Part shown: one piece after another, positions 1-12,900 of the stretch
Position numbering within the stretch: the first letter of the stretch is position 1
Layout: the number at the start of each line of letters is the position of its first letter
DNA from: Antedon mediterranea
Taxonomy: Eukaryota; Animalia; Echinodermata
Length of the DNA stretch: 64,000 bases
Assembly (NCBI RefSeq): GCF_964355755.1
Contig: NC_092670.1
Coordinates: 4,702,201 to 4,766,200, forward strand
Direction of reading: 5' to 3'
The notes under the pieces: model-generated
Told to the model about the DNA's origin: nothing
The model's database searches: none
What the model saw: the letters and a program-made list of their open reading frames with translations, nothing else
Position numbers and translations under genes: made by a program

Positions 1-346
1 GATAAAATCTATCTACACAGCCCATGTACAACTAATTACCAGTAAGTAGACCACATTGGTATAATGTTTAAGCGCTCTCATGCGAGTAATTTCTAACAGC
101 AGACTGTAAGGTTCATTCTTGCGTCAAATAAGTCAGCTGACATGTGATTTTTGTCTATTTTTTAGCATTGATATTTGTTTTATTTTATTTGATATGTTTG
201 TATTTTGTTTAAAAATACATTTTAAAGTTTTTATCTTGACTATAATTTACATGCAATTTGACCATCTGGTGGGCCATGAGTTGTAAAATTGTTCTGTATT
301 GTTTGTATCCTAAAAAAGGATGTATCATTTTGGGAAGCTCGTTGGA

Positions 347-627
347 AACAAGCCTTAGGGCTTAAAGGGTTATCCCCTGCTCTCCATGTTTACAACAAGC
401 CTTAGGGCTTAAAGGGTTATCCCCTGCTCTCCATGTTTACAACAAGCCTTAGGGCTTAAAGGGTTATCCCCTGCTCTCCATGTTTACAACAAGCCTTAGG
501 GCTTAAAGGGTTATCCCCTGCTTTCCATGTTTACAACAAGCCTTAGGGCTTAAAGGGTTATCCCCTGCTTTCCATGTTTACAACAAGCCTTAGGGCTTAA
601 AGGGTTATCCCCTGCTCTCCATGTTTA
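347..627 (+). repeat. 47-bp tandem repeat x6, probably from a LINE (L2/CR1-group) 3' stem-loop
   Basis: Unit AACAAGCCTTAGGGCTTAAAGGGTTATCCCCTGCT(C/T)TCCATGTTTAC, preceded by GGGAAGCTCGTTGGA within a T-rich LINE-3'UTR-like tract. Confidence 0.85.
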
Positions 628-804
628 ATTTCTCAAGTTTAATGTTTGTATTATTCGACGTATTTATTTTCATTCAAGTATTATGTTGTTTTAGAAATCG
701 TACTGTTCTTGGAAAGTAATACATATTACTTACTAAATTAAAATACTACAGTACAATTAGTAATTACAGTCCAAAAAAATAAATGTGTAAAATTGTGAAA
801 TTAC

Positions 805-957
805 CATTTCTCTTCTTAACTGGATGAAAAATTGCTTTCTCTTGAAAGATATCTTGACAATCTTTGCCCAGGAAAATGTGTTAATCTTCGAACTGTTTTG
901 AAACACGATAATTCCTGATGACGTAATTCCAAGTTGGATTTCAATACCAGAATGGTC
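805..957 (-). CDS. PTPN4: PTPN4-like coding exon 7
   Basis: GTTGCAG|[51 protein letters not shown]|GTAATT. Confidence 0.92.
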
Positions 958-3900
958 CTGCAACAATTGAGATAGTTATATCAACATTATTTAATATACT
1001 ATTATATATATATAATATAATACATTATAAAATATTCATATTAAATTTCTATTGAGGCAGTTTTAAACCTATTTTACTAGTTAGAATCTTCTCTCTATAA
1101 TTTATTGTAGATCTACAATTTCCCCAAAAATATAGAGGGCACTATATCAGATCTATTCCTTGTCTGGCTGTATTATGTAAAGAAGCAAATGATATCAGAA
1201 ATGAACAATTTCCACTGCCAGGGTTTTTGTTAAGGCTTTTTCTTTATAAAGTGATACATGACTTTTATGTGCAGTTTTCTGCATCTAGGCCTAAATTAGA
1301 GGCTTCCTTAAATCAAGATGTTCTCGACTATTATTTTTTAGGTGTCCTTTACAACAATCTCCAAGGTCAGATAGATATGCAGGAGAGATAGTGTTCAGAA
1401 AAGTTGGCAGGCAACCAGAACAAACCCTGCAAAACTGTTATTTGATTATTTAAATTCTGAGTTGCCATATTTTGCAAGCACTGTTTAGAAGTTGTATTCA
1501 AGACCAGTTGCATTCTGATAGTTCACCCTACACAGCTAAATACTTTAGCATGCGTCAGCGCTATGCAACCACAAATACAATCAAAATTGCTTACAACTAC
1601 CATGCATAGCAAACAGATATATGTGATGGATTGAAGACAGTACCACTAGAGGTGAAGTAGTGAACTAGCAGTAAACTACAGAATCAACACTTCCAATGTT
1701 AACATCAGACATGCAAATAACTGTTGATTATCAACTTGTTGATCGTGAAGCCGGTTTTCCACTAGGTAAATTTAATGTTTCACTGAGAAAAAAAATCAGG
1801 CTACTCTTTCCACCACAAGAGAGAATAGCTGTGTTGTTCATTTCCAATGTTTGTCTGCTGAACTTTTCGATTTGCATGATTGATCATTTTTTTCAGCCTT
1901 GCTACTATTGATTTCGCTGAAGCGAGAAACTCAAGGAACTAGATTTCATCACATAAAGCGATTTGAAAAATGAAACATGACACTTTTGATTCATGCGAAC
2001 AAATTCGCCTAGTGGAAAACAGGCTTCAACGTATTTAGCTGACCATCATAATGTGTCAAAGTTCATGCACGTTCAGTTGAAAGAAAAATCCTCTCAACCG
2101 CTGCGTTTGGACTCTATGGAAACATGCATATAAGCTAAATGTGAGTCTTACCATTACCTTGGCATAGTGCAAGTCTACACCATATAGTTCCAGATTCTTC
2201 ACTTTGTTCAAAAAGTTGTATTCAGAGTCAGCTGGTGATTGCCCACTACAGAATAAAAGTTATTGAAAAATCATAAATTTCATATTTATGTTTTCTTATA
2301 AAAAATTAACAAATGCATTTTTGTAAAGGCACACAAAACAGCATTAATATTATCTCCATGTTCTTTCCAGGTCAGCTTAAATAAAATAAGAGAAAAGCTG
2401 ATACAATTAAAAAAGCGTGAAAGGGTTCCTCAAAAAACCTACTAATGTGTTTTGTGTAACCGTTCCACTTCTTTATTAAATGTTTCCGTTTGTCCTTGTC
2501 CGGGAATGAATCTAAATGCGGACACATATCCAGCAGGATGCTCTAATGGATCGTAATCTCCTAATTCAGCTGAAAAATACAAATGTAATCACAATTTAGT
2601 CAAAATATCATTATATAAATTATAGTTCGTCTTCCAATTAATAACCATGTTAATTGATAAGTATTTGGTCATAAAGTGCAGAGAACAGTGCTTTAAAGTA
2701 TGATATAGTTATGATATAGGTACTGTATTATGTTATGTATTTATTTTGTGAGTGTTGTTATATTTAAGATTCATTTTGTAATGTTTAATTTTTATTATAG
2801 GCCTATGTTCTTTATTTTATATCTGTAACTGTATTTGTATGTTATTCCCCCTCTTGTTATTGTTAAGTATTTGAGCATAATAAAGTGCAGAGAACAGTGC
2901 TTTGATGTATGATATAGGTACTGTATTATTTTATGTATTTATTTTGTTTAATGTTGATTTATACCTATGTTCTTTACATGGTATCTTTTACTATCTGTAT
3001 GTCAATCCCCCTGTTAGCAAATTTATTTTTCTGTTGGTTTAAGTTTTGAAATAAATAAATAATAAGCACACAGACATCATTAAACCATCAACATGCACAT
3101 TACTCAATGTATAGTTGTGTCAGGAATGGCCGGTGTTAAATCAATCAACTCTTAAAATAAAGTACACACAACCCAGTTATTGCTAGGATTCAAATCAATA
3201 TGCAAACTAACCGTCTAATAGAATGCGCTCCTAAATTGGTAACCCATGATGCTAATAAGGAATGCGTCTCAGAAACATTTTCGGTATAATATTACAAGAT
3301 TCTTTAATACATCTTAAACATTTGTACAATTCATAATGATCTCTCTAGATTCATAGTTAATGTAGGTTGCATATAATTGTATGAGTAATATTGAGGCATA
3401 GGAGCTAGATATCCTACAGACCTATAAAATGTTACTGTTGATATAGTACCATTTTATAGGTCTGTAGTTCAATATTTCAACATTTCCATTTGAACATATA
3501 TTAAAATAGAAATTATCTTCTTATATAATTCAAGTATTACAAGTGATACTTGTTGTGATCTCCTTCAATCAAAACAGGTAATTCGCTAGATTGTGGATCA
3601 CCTAAAAAATGTTGTTATCAATCAAAACATGTTTTAGCTAAAAACAAAAATGGCACTTTACATTTACTACATCATTTCCGTATGTTGTAGGATATATTAT
3701 TGTGAAAATAGCTATAAATAACAATCAATTATACAGTCAACTATCCCAATACCCGACTGTCTGAAAACCAGAAACTTTATGCGACAAAAAAATGTGATAT
3801 GCCCAAAAATGTCATATCACTACTATATTTGGACATACCACTACTATATTTGGACATACCACTACTATATTTGGACATACCACTACCATGCGCACATCAC

Positions 3901-6900
3901 AATTTTGTTGTCAAAGTACAATAGTTTGATGATAGTGTAGACAGAGCTTTAAAAAACAAGATTACTATTGAGGTCCAAAAGGTTTCAAGTTCTTTATTAC
4001 CATTAAAAACACATTCAGGATACCAGACTTTCCAGAAAACCGAACATAGTAGCCCAGCCCAAGGGTGTCCAGTAGTCATTGAAAGAGTTGACTGTACAAC
4101 AAACATTCTAGCTATGAATATATATTTTGTTTCTATTCATAAATGAAGTTATTAAATCTGGGCTTGAATGATATCGACTGTATTTTAAAACCTGTATTGG
4201 TACCCCTTTGAAGCTAGTTACTTTTTGCATTATGCCAAGAATCAGACTGATTTCTATGAATACAACAATAACAGTGATCTCACCATAAACAGTGAAATGC
4301 TTGAGTTCTTTCAATAATAGAATTGTGGTGTTTACCCACACCTCCCAGCAATTGTGATATACTGTATTACAACAATTGGTGGTTTGGATAAGCATCAGTT
4401 ACCTCACTGTCTGCTGCTCCACAGGATGTTTTCATTCAATTCTCAAAACATTTGTGAATCACCCCATTATGGGATATTAATGGTGAAATTGTTTATACAC
4501 TACAAATAGCTAAGCTATTTAACTTTTTTAATATTGTTGTATAAATGAAAAAACCTTTGGTAGAAGAAACGAAGTAAACCATTTGGTAATTTTAGTTTTA
4601 GTCTGTGGGCCTGTTTTTAGTGCGTGAAAGTAAACTATATTATGCAGTGTAGTGTGTCTAAAAATGTTTATATCCAATTGTTTTTCTTTGTTCCATAAAC
4701 GAATCTCTATAATTGACTTTTGTGAGCGATGATAGAATAAAAAAAATAACCAATTATAATGTTATAATTGATTAGATTAAATCAATTTAAGTAAAGGCTT
4801 AATTGTATTGGACAGTACATGTGGAATACAGTTAATATGAATAGCATTATTATTAATAAATCATTCACCGATATTTTAGGCTTTCAGGTGGAAATGGAAG
4901 AAGCTTTTTTGGAGAACTGTTAACATGTTGGTTTTTCTACAGCTGGACTTTTGCAGCTAAAACTTGGTTTTAACTTGATAGATAGATGACTAATATACCA
5001 TAACACATCACATTACATCTTATGTAATGATATTCAATACCTCAAGCAACTATTACTGATGCACATGATTTATGCAAATTGGTAGTTAAACACCTGTACG
5101 ATAATGACATGCACAGGTGGTAATTTAAAAAATAGCTCATTGATGTTCCCTTAGGGCCCGTTTCTGCTGCCAACCCAAAATATACCGTATAAATATACCG
5201 TATAAATATACCGTATATGAAATTCGTGCACCGTTTCCGCTGCACATACTTCGTGGGTGGGTTGTAAAAAAGTTGGCTTTCATTACCCAAAATGCATTTC
5301 GTGAGACGGAAGTATGGATTGACCTAGAGTCTCGTGTAGTGAGGTTACATGACAGCATTGCTTTCTATTTTAAATCTAATGAGCAGAAGTGGCAACGAAT
5401 TTACACCGCACATACAAGCACAATCTAGAAATGTCACTATAAATAAACTCTGTTATTCAAATTGAGTTTATATTATGCTATATTATCCTATATTGCCGTT
5501 TTAATTTCCATTTTCTATTATACAGTATTTTACCATGATTTTACATCACGTTGTTGTCGTGTAAGAACATTCGATTTATTGTAATTAAAATCTCGGTATC
5601 TCTTCTGTTGCCATGCAGTCTCCCCCCCCCCCCCCAACCTTCGCTTCCCCCACAATTGAATTGCAAAAATAGTGATTTGTTCGGTCCACAGTGACATTTT
5701 GATCTGTTGCTTGCTTTTACACGTGTGTTTCAACTTTCAATGCAGCAGAAAAACCAAAACAAACGCGTCGCGCTCTGTTAGTTTTTGACCTCGTGTCACG
5801 AGTCGGGTCACATTTACGGTATATTTTGAGTGCAGCAGAAATGGGGTACGAAATATACGGTATATTTTGGAATATACCGTATAATATCCACAAACGATGG
5901 GGATATTTATACGGTATATATACCGCATATATATACGGTATATTTTTTATGAGACCCATTTCTGCTGCCAAAAAATATACCGTATATAAAATATACCGTA
6001 TATATACGGTATATTTTTGGCAGCAGAAACGGGGCCTTAGAGCTATTTGTAAAAGCTACTAAAGATTTAAAGAGTGGACAATTATCATATACAGTACCTC
6101 CAAAGGTCAAAAGGTTGTGATCTGTAAGCCAGCATTATATCAATACTATACTGAAAACAATCTTAAAAGTCATTTCAAGGGGTCAAAGGTAAACCTTTCT
6201 TGGTTAAATTATGCAAGGTATTATAGACTTATAAGAAGCTTTAAAAGCTATTACTAGGAAAACGATGAATATACTAAACTGTTTTGTTTTAAACTAATAC
6301 TGTAAATGTGAAATGCTATTTTTAAATACTACAGTAGTTTCTTAAAAAGCTTTTCTACAATTGAAGAATATATTGGGCTATTGGATTTTATGGTTTTCTA
6401 CATTGGAAAATCAAAAATAAAACCTCCTTTAAAAATAACATTCCTTTTTGATCACATACATTGAGTGACACAGAGAATGTGGTAATAATAAGCAAGTTTT
6501 CCAAAATGCTTGGTCTAACACAAAGTATTATAAAGATCTCTACAGATGCAGTGTCATTTCCTTAAATTATGTAAAACTATAGGAACCTGAACTTCTCCAA
6601 CTTCCATAAAGGATCTTAAGTGATTGAAAAATTTAAAAAGGAAATGTATTCTGCTAACAAAATATGTGAAATATCATCAACTTTTCCATAATTTTTCACT
6701 GCCAATTTAGTATTGGAGTATTGTGATCAATACTTGTAAAATAGTTGAATTTAGAACAAGTTAGAAAACACATGTTTTAGTGATCAGCTGCTAATGTTGA
6801 CCTTGAGCAGTGACTGAAGGCATTCAATGTCAATGTTGCATCCCAGAGGAAATTACAGACCAGAATGAATATTATTCAACAGTTGTTGGGTTACTCAAGG

Positions 6901-9900
6901 GTAAGAAAGATGCTTACTTGACAGTAATAAGGGATCATCTCGACTAAATTACTGCAGTATTTATATTTTGTTGTGGAATGAAAAGCGCTAATGAATGGAC
7001 CACCTCAACATTTATACTGCAGTAATTATTATCAAGACAGTTTCATAAGGGACCATCTCAACTAAATTACTGCAGTATTATTTTATGGGGAGGTTGTGCA
7101 ATGAAAAGCACTAACAAATGGACCATCTCAACATTCATACTGCAGTAATTATATTTAAGGGACCATCTCAACAACTAATTTTCTTTTGGTCTCTTTTTGG
7201 TGCAGTAATCATACACAGGTTGTGCAAATAGTCATGTTTTAAAGCATAACCTTTACCACTTGGTACTTGGTGTGTTAATCCCTTTCCAGCTCATAATGAA
7301 GCTATACTGGGATTGTGTGCACTGCCCAATCACACAGTATAGGAATTATGTGTTATACATATCCAGCTTTACATACCTTGTACTATGAAAGATGCTAACA
7401 GTGTTCCAATATTAAATGAACAAATCAACCTAAAAGAAACAAGTGATCAATGTTATTAAAATGAAAATAAAAGGTTTTTGTGGTCATAAACAATTTTGGT
7501 AGATAAATTATGAGAGACAAATGAACATTGTTGAATATAAATAGATACCACATGTTTTGTGGTATACTTTTCAGATACATTCAACATATTAAGCAAACAT
7601 TATTGACATTCTGATGGCAGAAGTCTGTAAAGGCCTTTTCACACAGAACTTCGGCAATATTGCGGTAAGCAAGCCGGCGTTATTGCCGGTCTAAACCCAA
7701 TCACACAGAAGGTAATATTACGGTAATTTTACCGTCTTCTGTGTGAAAGGCCACAGTGAAAAGGCGCAATATTTAAAGATTACAGTCTTCATAAAATAGA
7801 GGTCGCACTTTTAGAGAAAAAAAAATGGCAGGCACCGGCGACAAAACATGCCATGCGCGCACATGTTTGCTGATGTTGTTTTGTGTGTCCGTCGTTTAGT
7901 TTTATTGGTTTTTATTTACGATGCATAAAATCTATATTTTTGCCCAACACCACTCCGTGCTAAACTGCCCGATCGTGATGGCCATTCTACAGAAACAAAA
8001 TCTATTAGGCCTACAAATAGACGCGAATTTAATTATCAGAAGCTGTTATGAGCTAGCACCGGGAGCGCGCACCGGAGGATGTTCCTGCTAGAACTATGCT
8101 AACTAGGGCCTAGGCTTACGTATACAACGTTACAGCAAGTTAAATAATCTTTGGACCAATGGCAATATATGTTATATTTTTTTTATTATTGGCCGTATTC
8201 TTCCATTGTATTATTTACAAACTAACCTAAAAATATATATATGGATATAATCTAATAATTTGGCCTAAAGTAATTGCCACAGTCTTTCTCAATCAAGGAA
8301 AATGTCCCGAATTTATCCTTGCTTCACTGCGTAAGCAGGCGTTATATCGTGGACTCTTTCACACAGATCAGGCTTACGACCGTGACGGTAATATTACCGC
8401 AATTTTACTAGGTCCAGAGGCGGTCTAACGGAAGCCGGCATTAAGGGGTTTTTACCCTTTCACACATAAGCCGGCGTTCGCGAATTACCGCAATATTACC
8501 GTCTTACAGCTCTGTGTGAAAGGGGCTTTATTGTAGGTGTAGTGCATAGGTTTACCGTGGTGTACTATTTTAAACATCCCCCATTGTGGGTTGATAGAGT
8601 ACTACATTGGCATCCCAGTTTGTTTGTGTAGCATGTAAACTACCTAGCCCACCTTGAGGTCACTTATACTAACAAACATTACTATTTATATGCTATAGTG
8701 TATTATCATTATTGACATAATTTTATTTAACATCCACATACAGTACAACTCTTCTTAACCAAATTTGTTAATCTTCTATCAACTAAAAGTCGTAGTTAGT
8801 CATGTCTCGGGTCACATTCTATGGTCACCGTACAGATAGGCTACTACATCAGTACTTCTATGAATGGATGACTAGTTGGTGACAAGAATGCTAGTTGGTC
8901 ATACCCAGTACCGTTTTGATTTTACGATCTTTCGGGAAACCCCCTCACAACAATATTGGTCATATAAAAAAAAACCATCAAACTAAAATCATTTACCCTC
9001 CATTATTAAATACAGTTTTTTGGATGAGTGGGAGGGTAGTATTACGCAGTGGATAGATTAACTACTTATTCAGATTTGTCTTCTTAACATTAAACAGGAA
9101 ATATATTATTTATCCTTAAGAGGAAGAAAAACACAATATATTTATTTTCAACAATAATTATGTAATCTTTCCTTTTAGCATCAATTGTATACTTGGTCAC
9201 CACAGACCACAAAGGACAATTAACAATGGAAAAAAAGGGCTAAGTTTGTGATTAGTAGATAATAATACCACCTACTTATGGATACCAAGTACTGTGTTGT
9301 TTAATTTTACAGAAAATGGTTATTATTACATCATGGGAAAGCAGAGACGGAACTAGAAGTATTGTAAAAGAAAATGCCTTTAGGTAGTAACATTATGGGA
9401 AGACCAATATATGACATGAACAAGCCAAGCCCATTGAACGGAAATAAGAGGGTTAGGAAAAATTGTAAAAGAAAAGTGGTTTCACATCCCTTCCCTCAAT
9501 TTTGGCGTCATTTTTATTTTTTTTATTAATTTTTTATAATTGTTGTATTGTATATTTTGTAAAAAACAATCCATAAAAAGTACATGTGTGTATAACGGTG
9601 ACAGGACTTTAAAAATATCATTCTCAATTTAATACACCACCAAACACTAAAAACCCTCATGAAACTAAAAATGTGAATTTGTGGAGGTGAATGGAATTAA
9701 TTTTCCCACCTCTTCTGAATGAATTGATAATGATATTAGAACAGTGCTGTTTCTTCAAATAAAAAAAAATTGTTTTTACGTGGGCGTTAAAAGCTTCAAT
9801 GAGGTTTGTCAATTATCGTTCTTAGAATTCATTCCGAACAATGGTCTGTTTTTGAAATCAGAGAATAAAGTTTTAATTTCTGGGCGGTGGAAAAATTATT

Positions 9901-12900
9901 TCAAAAACTAATTACAGTATATGATACATACAGTATTGGTGGATTTTTGTAATAAAATAATGTACACAAAAAAATGTTTTTTATTACTGGTGGAGATAGA
10001 AGACACAGTATGTAATGAATGTATGTTGTGTCAAATGTTTCAGTGGCACATTATAACTGTGAAATTAGATATCATAATAAGATGTATTATAAAAAGAATT
10101 GTTGGAATTTATATTGTGGGTTGTGTTTTAGAATAATGTGAAAGTAGGAACACATTGAACCTAAAAGCAATGAGTAAACCATCAGTTTTGATATTAATAT
10201 CACATTAAGAGGTTTGCATTTGAATGAGAAAAAACGATAACTTATATTGATAAAAATACTTGTGTTGCCTCACGTCCCTGCATTGCGTCCCAATGGGAAT
10301 CAAGCTTTAGGGAAACCTTTTTGGGACATTTTGTATGCATTAATTTAATTCACAACTGTTCCATTACTCCAAATAATGTGTTCATTTACAACATTTCTAA
10401 TATATTATTTTGCAATAATTTGTGGAAGACGCACTGATTTTTTTTACTACAAGGTTGGTGTAACACTGATAGTGCTTTTCTGATTAGTACTAAATCTAGC
10501 CCTGTAAAGGCAAACGTGGTGTCATTCAACTAACCTTCCTTCCAGTAAGTCTTTGCGGAGCTGCAGCACAAACTGGTATCGTGTATACTCCTCCTGTAGT
10601 TTACTTGGATCAGATACAAAAAATTTAACACGAAAATAAAAGTACATTGGCCCTGTAAAGAGAAGCATATCAATATTATATATGTCATATTCATTTATGC
10701 ATATCTCCACATGTGTTCAATACCATCCCACAGATAGCTAAAAGACATAGGTTATCATCTCACAGATAAATTGTTTGGCCCATTTCAACATTTTTCGGAA
10801 GGGATACAATTTGTTTGTGTAAAATGACGCCAACTGTTTTTAAGTGGAGACATGTTGATGTGCTTCTCTGTTTCAATGAGTTTATTCTTGATAGTAAACT
10901 TTGTTCCTGGTGGAAAAAACCGTGGATCTTAAGTGTCATTATGATCAAGTGGATCTTTGGACAGCCATTGAGTCTTGCATTGTTAATAGTATCTGATTGT
11001 TTTCAAGATTCAAACACTTTATCACTAAATGCTTTTTTTGGCTAAAATTCCATACATTGTGGTTACTTTAATTGATTCATTGCATTTTTAGAAGAATTTA
11101 GGGCACAAATTGTTTAGGAGCATGCATTATACAGTAGTATGTACGACTCACCTTTAACTTGTTTCCTAACTGATTTGGTTGGGTCTAGCCATCTTTTATT
11201 ATCTAATGTATTATCACTGTCTATAAATTTTAAACCAAAATAATCACACTCGATCAAGTCCAAGTATCGAAACACTTCTTCCAGAAGACATTGTCCTTTT
11301 GCTCGCCTCTGGGAAGGAGAAAACATTTATGATATTATAATAAGCAATATTACAGTGACAGCAAACACACAAAAAACCACCCCAAACTTGTAAATCAAAG
11401 TACAAATTGTATTTGTGTCAGGAAATTACGCTTAAACCAACAAATGACATACAATGATATACAGTACAATGACATCATTGAGATAAACATCATCAACATC
11501 AAATTAATTATCTTGGAAATGCTATGTTTGTTATAGTTCGAAACGATGATGTAACTGGGTTAAATGTATTGTTTGAAGGTTTTATTATCAATGAAGAATA
11601 CCCAAACAAACAGTGGTTTTTGGTAGTTTATGAGTGCCACTTAAAAAATCCATGATAAACCGACAATTTAACCTTTATTCACCCAAACATTTATATTACA
11701 GTAAATCCAAAAAATTATTTAAAAAGTGATTTCACAACTTGTTGATTTTGTACCATGCGCCGGGGCTTATTTGATCTACTAATGTTAGTCTGTAGATGTT
11801 GTACAGTATTTATGTTATTAAAACATTTTAATGTTACATCATTCTATATTACATAAAATAATATGTCCGACTAAAAATCCTGTATAGCTACACTGTAGCT
11901 GGCTGTGCTCTGATCTATGGAACGCCTCCTCTGCCTTCAATTCACATTTATCATGCAGTACACACCAATGGTCATGCAGTACACACCAATGGTCATGCAG
12001 TACACACCAATGGTCATGCAGTACACACCAATCGTCATGCAGTACACACCAATGGTCATGCAGTACACACCAATCGTCATGCAGTACACACCAATGGTCA
12101 TGCAGTACACACCAATCGTCATGCAGTACACACCAAACATCATGCAGTACACACCAATCGTCATGCAGTACACACCAAACATCATGCAGTACACACCAAA
12201 CGTCATGCAGTACACACCAATCATCATGCAGTACACACCAATCGTCATGCAGTACACACCAATCGTCATGCAGTACACACCAATTGTCATGCAGTCAAAT
12301 ATTGCGTAATTTATACCGCCACCTATCGACAAAATCGAATATCACGTGACGTTTATTGACGGCTGTAAAACTAAGGCCATCGACTCTAAGATTTATTTTA
12401 TGCTTGACATGTATGGAACGCCTCCTCTGCCTTCAGTTCACATTTATCATGCAGTACACACCAATCGTCATGCAGTACACACCAATCGTCATGCAGTACA
12501 CACCAATGGTCATGCAGTACACACCAATCGTCATGCAGTACACACCAATCGTCATGCAGTACACACCAAACGTCATGCAGTACACACCAAACATCATGCA
12601 GTACACACCAATCGTCATGCAGTACACACCAATCGTCATGCAGTACACACCAATCGTCATGCAGTACACACCAATCGTCATGCAGTACACACCAATGGTC
12701 ATGCAGTACACACCAATTGTCATGCAGTACACACCAATCGTCGTTCACATTTATCATGCAGTACACACCAATCGTCATGCAGTACACACCAATCGTCATG
12801 CAGTACACACCAATCGTCATGCAGTACACACCAATCATCATGCAGTACACACCAATTGTCATGCAGTACACACCAATCGTCATGCAGTACACACCAATCG

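Noticed and set aside
3413-3468. Hairpin CTACAGACCTATAAAATG...CATTTTATAGGTCTGTAG
   Set aside because: A real inverted repeat, but with no flanking duplication or second copy it cannot be assigned.
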